64,000 bases of DNA from Candidatus Babeliales bacterium (GTDB taxonomy: Bacteria > Babelota > Babeliae > Babelales > JANWKD01), in NCBI GenBank assembly GCA_963722075.1, contig CAVRJM010000001.1, forward strand, positions 1,344,001 to 1,408,000, written 5' to 3'. Below the pieces are notes generated by a model. The model worked only from the letters and a program-made list of their open reading frames with translations, did no database searches and was not told where the DNA came from. The position numbers and the translations under genes were made by a program. Each line of letters starts with the position of its first letter. Positions within the stretch are counted from its first letter, which is position 1. Shown in pieces: positions 57,934 through 64,000 of the stretch.

Positions 57934-58136
57934 ATAATTTTTATCTGAAATTGAAAATTTAAGCAACGGGCTTCTGTTATAAAATTATAATAAAAAGTTT
58001 GCATTTTCTCTCAAGACAAGATAAATTAACTAATGTTTATTACGATTAATAAACATCCAAAAAAGATAACCTCCATTTCCCCTGTCCATGACTTCGCGTC
58101 TGGATGGGGGTTATTTTGTTAGTAGCCATTAGTAGT

Positions 58137-59177
58137 ATGATGAGCCATTCCTATAAAGTACCCTTTAAAGATAAAAAAAAATTCTATAATCACGAACACG
58201 AACAACTACATTCTTTTTTTTGGCATTCTTGTTTATTATTTTTTCGTTCGCGGTATAGATTATTAACCCGCAAAAAAGTAGCAATTCATAAGTGGATTGA
58301 ACCTTCAAAACAAGTTTCCTCCTGTTCTTTAACCTGGATTGGCCATTCCACATTTCTGATTCATTATAAGGGTATTACCATTTTAACTGATCCTATTTTT
58401 GGCAATGCCTCTTTTTTATTTAAACGCATTGCGCCGCCGGGTATTGCGCTTAAACAATTACCGCCTATTGATATGATTTTGCTTTCGCATAATCATCGGG
58501 ATCATATGGATGCAAAAAGCTTATTACAATTACGATCTCACCAACCGCATATTTTAATACCAGAAGGGGTTAAAGGATGGTTTAATCGCCATCGATTTGA
58601 TGGCGTAGAAGAGCTGATATGGTGGGAGCAAAAAAGCTATATAATAAACAATGAACAAGTTACAATTACGTTTTTGCCAGCACATCATTGGTCACAACGA
58701 TCATTATTTGATCGTAATAAATCCTTATGGGGTAGTTGGATGATACAATTTGAAGATTATACGATCTATTTTGCTGGCGACACCGCGTATTCTTCTCATT
58801 TTACTGCTATTAAAGAACGATTCGCTACTATTGACGTGGCGTTACTCCCAATTGGCCCATGCGAACCGCATCACACCATGAAGCATTCGCATATTAATGC
58901 TGCGCAAGCGTGTCAGGCATTTATTGATTTAGGAGCACGAACTTTCATCCCTATGCATTGGGGTACCTTTTATTTTGGCCTTGATTCCTTTGAACAACCT
59001 ATTGAGCAATTATTACATTGTTGGCAGCAACTGGCATTACCGCCTGAACAGTTACATGTTCTAAAATTTGGTCAACAATGGGATTTTGTTAATCGAGTTC
59101 CTCTGAGACAAGGGCGTCACGATGTTGAAGTAGTTTTTCATAAAACCTCCAAGTACTTCGATAAATGCTTTTTTTGA
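58137..59177 (+). CDS. MBL-fold metallo-hydrolase (NAPE-PLD/RomA-like)
   Basis: TWIGHST, TDPIF, SHNHRDHMD, HHWSQR, FAGDT, PMHWGT; start uncertain. Confidence 0.9.
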   Translation: MMSHSYKVPFKDKKKFYNHEHEQLHSFFWHSCLLFFRSRYRLLTRKKVAIHKWIEPSKQVSSCSLTWIGHSTFLIHYKGITILTDPIFGNASFLFKRIAPPGIALKQLPPIDMILLSHNHRDHMDAKSLLQLRSHQPHILIPEGVKGWFNRHRFDGVEELIWWEQKSYIINNEQVTITFLPAHHWSQRSLFDRNKSLWGSWMIQFEDYTIYFAGDTAYSSHFTAIKERFATIDVALLPIGPCEPHHTMKHSHINAAQACQAFIDLGARTFIPMHWGTFYFGLDSFEQPIEQLLHCWQQLALPPEQLHVLKFGQQWDFVNRVPLRQGRHDVEVVFHKTSKYFDKCFF

Positions 59178-59182
59178 TAATG

Positions 59183-59626
59183 TTATCCACTTAAACGTCC
59201 TCCTAAGAGAATCTGCATAATACGCCAATGAACAGCTGCATCTTTATTAAATTCTAGGCTTCTATTTATTAGTTGTTGAATAATAGCTGATTCTTTTAAT
59301 GCTTGAATGATTCGGTTATTAAAAGTCTTTTTATCTTCATTTATTTTTATATACCATGCGCCATTATTTCGCATTTGAATAAATTGATCATCTGATATCT
59401 TAAAAACTTGTTTTTGTATATTTCTTAATTGTATATCTATAAGCATAAGATCGTTTTTAAAATTCAAAGCCCTTTTTTTATAATCTTGAGGTTTTATATC
59501 CAATGCATCGGCAGCTTTATCAAGCATTTGATAAATTTTCCCCCATTCTGTATCTAGATTTTGTCCATTAATTAGAAATATCGCGACAAGGGGAATTAGA
59601 TATAAGTAGCTTTTTAATTTTATCAT
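59183..59626 (-). CDS. Hypothetical secreted protein, paralog of 60741-61202
   Basis: Shared ISD.x.F.Q...WY.K.NE.K.xFN.RI..AL. Confidence 0.75.
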   Translation of the reverse strand: MIKLKSYLYLIPLVAIFLINGQNLDTEWGKIYQMLDKAADALDIKPQDYKKRALNFKNDLMLIDIQLRNIQKQVFKISDDQFIQMRNNGAWYIKINEDKKTFNNRIIQALKESAIIQQLINRSLEFNKDAAVHWRIMQILLGGRLSG

Positions 59627-59643
59627 AATTTTTCTTTCTGTAT

Positions 59644-59680
59644 AAAAAATTCCCTTACCTCATTTTGAAAGCAAGGGAAT
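59644..59680 (-). terminator. Rho-independent terminator
   Basis: Minus strand attcccttg...taagggaat followed by T-run, just after the stop at 59685. Confidence 0.55.
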
Positions 59681-59684
59681 AAAA

Positions 59685-60127
59685 TTAACGTTTAGTTGCA
59701 GGGATTATAGTTTGTGGCACCATAACTGAAATTGCAGCAGCATCTTTTGCGGCTTCTTCTGCGTCTTGTGCAAGTTTTTGCTCTGCCTCAGCTGTTTTTT
59801 TAGCTGAATAGGTTTTAGCGTATTTTAATGCAAGATCCGCTTGAGTTTTGGCATAGTCAGCAGCTTGTTGTGTTTTTTCTTGCGCTCTCTTAATTTCTTC
59901 TTCGAGTTCTTTTTGTATTTTTGGATCAAGTTCATGCTCAAGTTGTTGTGCTGCTAATTCTGCTTCAAATGCTTTAAGCTGAGCATATAATTGTGCACTT
60001 TCTACCTTCTTTTGGTTAAGGATTTCAGTTACAACTGCTGCATGAGAAAATGTTATAGGTAACGTGCATGAGAAAATGTTATAGGTAACAAAGAAACTGT
60101 AAAAAGATAAAATATAGTTTTTTTCAT
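59685..60127 (-). pseudogene. Secreted Ala/Glu/Lys-rich coiled-coil protein frameshifted by 26-bp tandem duplication
   Basis: AGGAGG RBS, ATG 60127; duplicate units 60039-60063 and 60065-60089; removing one unit restores a 138-aa ORF. Confidence 0.85.
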
Positions 60128-60283
60128 AAAACCTCCTATTTTGGCTATTAATATATAATATTCTTAATTATAAGCATATAAGATATTATTCAAGTAAGTC
60201 AATATTAATTTGTTAAACCTGTTTTAAATTACAAGTAGGAAAATATAAATCTGGTGGTTTTATATTAAAACATTTAATCATTG

Positions 60284-60709
60284 TTAATTTACTACTGGAG
60301 CATTAATATGCCATTGTACCGTTCCTGAAACACCAGGTGCAGCTTTTGTGGTAAGGGTAATAGTAGCATCATCACATATTGTTACCGCTACTTTACCTTC
60401 ATTATTAAAATCGCCCTGATCAGTATTATATTTTGTAGTATCATAGCCAGGAACATCGGGTTCTCCATCAAAAAGACTAATAAATTTAGCGCAGCGATTT
60501 CCGCCAGCGCTTACCAGTCGGGTTTCTCCCGGTTTAATATTATTAGCTGTTAATACTTGAATAAATTTAGTACGGTTATCTCGTTGATATATATCAAATG
60601 CTATGCTTACTGAACGACTACCATTATTTTTAACATGAAATAATGCCCCCTGTACTAAAGAAAAACTGGTCGACGATAAAATACTTATTATAATTATTTT
60701 TTTAAACAT
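60284..60709 (-). CDS. Hypothetical secreted beta-rich protein
   Basis: Signal peptide from ATG 60709. Confidence 0.75.
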   Translation of the reverse strand: MFKKIIIISILSSTSFSLVQGALFHVKNNGSRSVSIAFDIYQRDNRTKFIQVLTANNIKPGETRLVSAGGNRCAKFISLFDGEPDVPGYDTTKYNTDQGDFNNEGKVAVTICDDATITLTTKAAPGVSGTVQWHINAPVVN

Positions 60710-60740
60710 TTTTTCCCCCTTTTGATTTAAATATACATTC

Positions 60741-61202
60741 CTAATGATATTGCATTGACGGAACCACAATAATTTGCTGGGTGAATGGTATAAAGTTTTT
60801 ATCTATAACATTTTGCATTACCGTTGGAAATACTCTTTTGCTTGGATCCATATAAGCATTTATTATCTGATTGGAGAAGCTTAAGGCTTTAGTTATTCGG
60901 CTATTAAATGATGTTTTAGTTTCATTATTCTTGAGATACCAAGGTTTTTTTTGCGCTATTTGCTTGAAATCGGTATCGCTTATAGAAGAAGCAATTTGTT
61001 GAATTTGGGTAAGTTTGCCATCTAATGTTGGGAGTATATTCATAAAATCAGCAATGTGGCCAATCTTACGATAATTATTTAAGGTATCAAGCTGTTGTTT
61101 TACCTGCTTCATTTCTTGATCTAATGTTTCTCCGTTAAGCGCATAAGAAAAAGTAATACACAAAATGAAACCGATATACCAGATTGCTTTTATATTTTTC
61201 AT
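60741..61202 (-). CDS. Hypothetical secreted protein, paralog of 59183-59626
   Basis: GGAG RBS, signal peptide, shared motif. Confidence 0.75.
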   Translation of the reverse strand: MKNIKAIWYIGFILCITFSYALNGETLDQEMKQVKQQLDTLNNYRKIGHIADFMNILPTLDGKLTQIQQIASSISDTDFKQIAQKKPWYLKNNETKTSFNSRITKALSFSNQIINAYMDPSKRVFPTVMQNVIDKNFIPFTQQIIVVPSMQYH

Positions 61203-61357
61203 GAATGCTCCCTTATAGATTATTTCCTATTGTTAAATTTACCAAAAAAGTTGTATTAATTTCAATATTATCATAACCGTTGTTTTTATTGCAATTTGAA
61301 TAGTTAATTTGATAGCATTAGAGATAATGGTGGATTGCGATAGGGAGATTTAAATCT

Positions 61358-61735
61358 ATGGAAAATATATTCAAACAAAGAACTTATAAACCAAATCGGT
61401 TTTTGCTTTTTTTGTTAACTGTTTTAATTTTATGCATTAATATCAACGCATATAAAGAGGGTGATGTGCTTTATTTGCAAAATTTGACCGATATTCCAGA
61501 TTCGCAGCTAAAATTGCAGAAAGTAGCACGAAATTATCAGGATATTGTTGCTTATCCCTTTACTAAAACAGTAAATTTAACAAATTTCGGACAAAATATT
61601 CCCATTAAGATAACTGATACAGAAGGTAAAGCCGGACGCGCAAAATATGGATCAGTTTTTATTTTAAATCCAAAACCAAATGATACTTATGTTGTTTATA
61701 AAAATGCAGATAGCCTGCTCGTACGTAAAAAATAA
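61358..61735 (+). CDS. Hypothetical secreted protein
   Basis: ORF with N-terminal hydrophobic segment. Confidence 0.7.
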   Translation: MENIFKQRTYKPNRFLLFLLTVLILCININAYKEGDVLYLQNLTDIPDSQLKLQKVARNYQDIVAYPFTKTVNLTNFGQNIPIKITDTEGKAGRAKYGSVFILNPKPNDTYVVYKNADSLLVRKK

Positions 61736-61749
61736 ATAAGGATTATTAA

Positions 61750-62169
61750 ATGAAAATTTATACAGCAGGTATCCTTTTAGTGTTACTATTAGGCGTTATA
61801 AATAGTGATGCAAAAACAGGAACTATCACAATAAAAAGCTTGGTAAAAGACACCATTTCTATCTTACTACAACCCGATCTTTCAGGTTCGAGTTCAATTA
61901 ATCTTTCAAGTCCCGGTTCACAACCAATGTGCTATCGAGCAATCCGTTTTAATATTGGACCCTTAGCAACTGTTAAGCATTTCCTTTCACCTACCGAATT
62001 ATGTAGTTATTCAAAAGCAGAAATTACTGCAAGCGATGGGTCTATGTCGATAACGTATTTAAAAAAACCACTTAGCTTTGATACTAATACAACGGATTAT
62101 CAATTATCAGTTAATTTTGTACATGGTAAATGGGATATAGAAATCATTTCTGAGAAACATAACGAATGA
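61750..62169 (+). CDS. Hypothetical secreted protein
   Basis: Signal peptide, AGGA RBS. Confidence 0.7.
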   Translation: MKIYTAGILLVLLLGVINSDAKTGTITIKSLVKDTISILLQPDLSGSSSINLSSPGSQPMCYRAIRFNIGPLATVKHFLSPTELCSYSKAEITASDGSMSITYLKKPLSFDTNTTDYQLSVNFVHGKWDIEIISEKHNE

Positions 62170-62245
62170 TTTTTATCCAATTTTTTTAAATGCAATTCCT
62201 GATATAATAAATGTACCGCTAAACAAAATTATATTAGGAATATCA

Positions 62246-63592
62246 ATGCCTTCTCAGATGATTAATAACACCAGCAATTTTCCTCTTACTGCCAAAAGCA
62301 AAAGCCTAGAAGAAGTGCATAGAACTATTGTTGTTGATAAAAATGGTTCTTTTTTTAAGAAGCTAATTGCTTTTTCTGGTCCGGGTTATTTAGTTGCCGT
62401 TGGATACATGGATCCGGGTAATTGGGCAACTGATTTAGCCGGCGGTTCGCAATTTGGTTATTCATTATTATCGGTTATTTTACTTTCTAATTTAATGGCA
62501 GTTATTTTACAATATCTCTCACTCAAATTGGGTATTGTAACGGGGCGTGATTTAGCACAAGCATGTCGAGAATCATATTCAAAGCCTGTTGCGCTTTTTT
62601 TGTGGATTTTAGCTGAAATTGCCATTATTGCCTGTGATCTTGCTGAAGTAATTGGGTCAGCACTCGCTTTACAATTACTTTTTAATATTCCCTTAATGAT
62701 TGGGGTGATAATTACCGTTTTTGATGTTCTTTTATTATTAACCTTACAGCATAAAAGTTTTCGTTATTTAGAATCTTTGGTGATTGTACTAATTGTTACT
62801 ATATTTGCCTGTTTTGCCTTAAATATTTTTTTATCAATGCCTAATGTTAATGCATTACTTCATGGTTTTATACCAACTACAGAACTCATTACCAATACTG
62901 ACATGTTATACATTGCCATTGGTATATTAGGAGCAACAGTAATGCCGCATAATTTATATTTACATTCAGCAGTAGTGCAAACGCGTTCCTACCAAGAAAC
63001 CGATCAAGCAAAAAAAGAAGCCATTCTATATTGCACCATCGATTCTACAGTAGCTTTATGCATTGCTTTTTTAATTAATGCTGCAATTTTAATTGTCTCA
63101 GCGGCGGTATTTCATGTGCGTGGGTTACATGAGATTGCCGAGATTCAAGACGCGTATCAATTATTAAGCCCTTTGCTTGGGTCACCGCTTGCCAGTATTG
63201 TTTTTGCTGTTGCACTGTTAGCATCAGGGCAAAATTCAACCGTAACGGGCACCTTAGCAGGACAAATTATTATGGAAGGGTTTACCACTATGCGCTTGAG
63301 CCCCTGGTTACGGCGCTTTTTGAGTAGAGCATTAGCGGTGGTGCCGGCTATTATTGGGGTATGGTATTTTGGTAATCATGGATTGGCGCAACTGTTATTG
63401 CTAAGCCAAGTGGTATTAAGCTTACAGCTACCGTTTGCTGTATATCCTTTAGTGCGTTTCACCAGCATGCCATCAATGATGGGTTCTTTTGCTAATTCAT
63501 TTTTATTGCGTGTATGCGCTTACATTATTGCATTTTTTATTGTGTTATTAAATGGGTGGCTACTAGTAAGTGTTTTACACACGTATTATTGA
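62246..63592 (+). CDS. mntH: Nramp family divalent metal (Mn2+) transporter
   Basis: [39 protein letters not shown]. Confidence 0.96.
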   Translation: MPSQMINNTSNFPLTAKSKSLEEVHRTIVVDKNGSFFKKLIAFSGPGYLVAVGYMDPGNWATDLAGGSQFGYSLLSVILLSNLMAVILQYLSLKLGIVTGRDLAQACRESYSKPVALFLWILAEIAIIACDLAEVIGSALALQLLFNIPLMIGVIITVFDVLLLLTLQHKSFRYLESLVIVLIVTIFACFALNIFLSMPNVNALLHGFIPTTELITNTDMLYIAIGILGATVMPHNLYLHSAVVQTRSYQETDQAKKEAILYCTIDSTVALCIAFLINAAILIVSAAVFHVRGLHEIAEIQDAYQLLSPLLGSPLASIVFAVALLASGQNSTVTGTLAGQIIMEGFTTMRLSPWLRRFLSRALAVVPAIIGVWYFGNHGLAQLLLLSQVVLSLQLPFAVYPLVRFTSMPSMMGSFANSFLLRVCAYIIAFFIVLLNGWLLVSVLHTYY

Positions 63593-63606
63593 TAATAAAT
63601 AATCTG

Positions 63607-64000
63607 ATGAAAAAACCTATGGTAAAAAAAGAAAAAAAATTAAATATCAAAGAATATGCGAAAGTGTTACAAGATATAAAGAAACATATCAGTGAAGCAC
63701 AGGTAAAATCCATACTTGCTGCAAATAAAGAGCTTCTGAAATTATATTGGGATATTGGCCAAACAATAACCTATCAGCAAAAAGAAAATGGCTGGGGCTC
63801 CAAGGCTGTTGAAAAGCTTGCAGAAGATATTCAAAAGGAATTTCCTGGATTAAAGGGATTCTCTAGGGCAAATGTTTTTAAAATGAAAGCTTTTTATGAT
63901 GCGTATGAAAAAGTCTCACAAGTTGTGAGACAATTTGAAGAATTACCAATATTCAGTATTCCTTGGGGTCAGAATGTAATATTAATAACAAAAATAAAAA
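63607..64000 (+). CDS. YhcG/DUF1016 PDDEXK-nuclease-domain protein, N-terminal part (runs off window)
   Basis: Manual translation: ANKELLKLYWDIG, GWGSKAVEKLAEDI, FPGLKGFS, FY, IPWGQN. Confidence 0.88.
   Translation, partial: MKKPMVKKEKKLNIKEYAKVLQDIKKHISEAQVKSILAANKELLKLYWDIGQTITYQQKENGWGSKAVEKLAEDIQKEFPGLKGFSRANVFKMKAFYDAYEKVSQVVRQFEELPIFSIPWGQNVILITKIK

Noticed and set aside
63607..64000. YhcG as part of a defence island
   Set aside because: Gene is truncated by the window edge and its context is not visible

Overview
This is a 64 kb AT-rich bacterial chromosome segment. The gene content and the many short signal-peptide ORFs suggest a protist-associated intracellular bacterium such as Dependentiae/Babeliota (TM6); this is an inference, since no rRNA gene is present. 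Housekeeping genes include uppS-gpsA, PBP1A, murG, dipZ, a DciA-like gene, a P-type Mg ATPase, archease-rtcB, tmk-holB, an acyl-CoA ligase, mntH and RNase P RNA (rnpB, apparently lacking helix P18). These are interleaved with clusters of putative secreted proteins, among them Skp1/BTB-like + WD40 paralogs, many with Met immediately after the predicted signal peptide. The most striking signal is a family of about 25 GTC-tagged REP-like palindromes (GTCRTYNCGAG...RATCCAK). An inverted pair of these brackets an intact small GIY-YIG nuclease gene (54.3-54.9 kb), a decayed copy of that gene (17.4-18.0 kb) and a gene-less version with 10-bp TIRs and TA flanks (33.45-33.86 kb). Together they form a candidate GIY-YIG-associated 'REPtron' mobile system. 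A second, GC-rich palindrome module is nested inside some REPs and inside itself. Also present are two unexplained highly structured intergenic segments (21.36-21.96 kb) and three pseudogenes not shown in full by the ORF track. I saw no tRNA, rRNA or CRISPR array.
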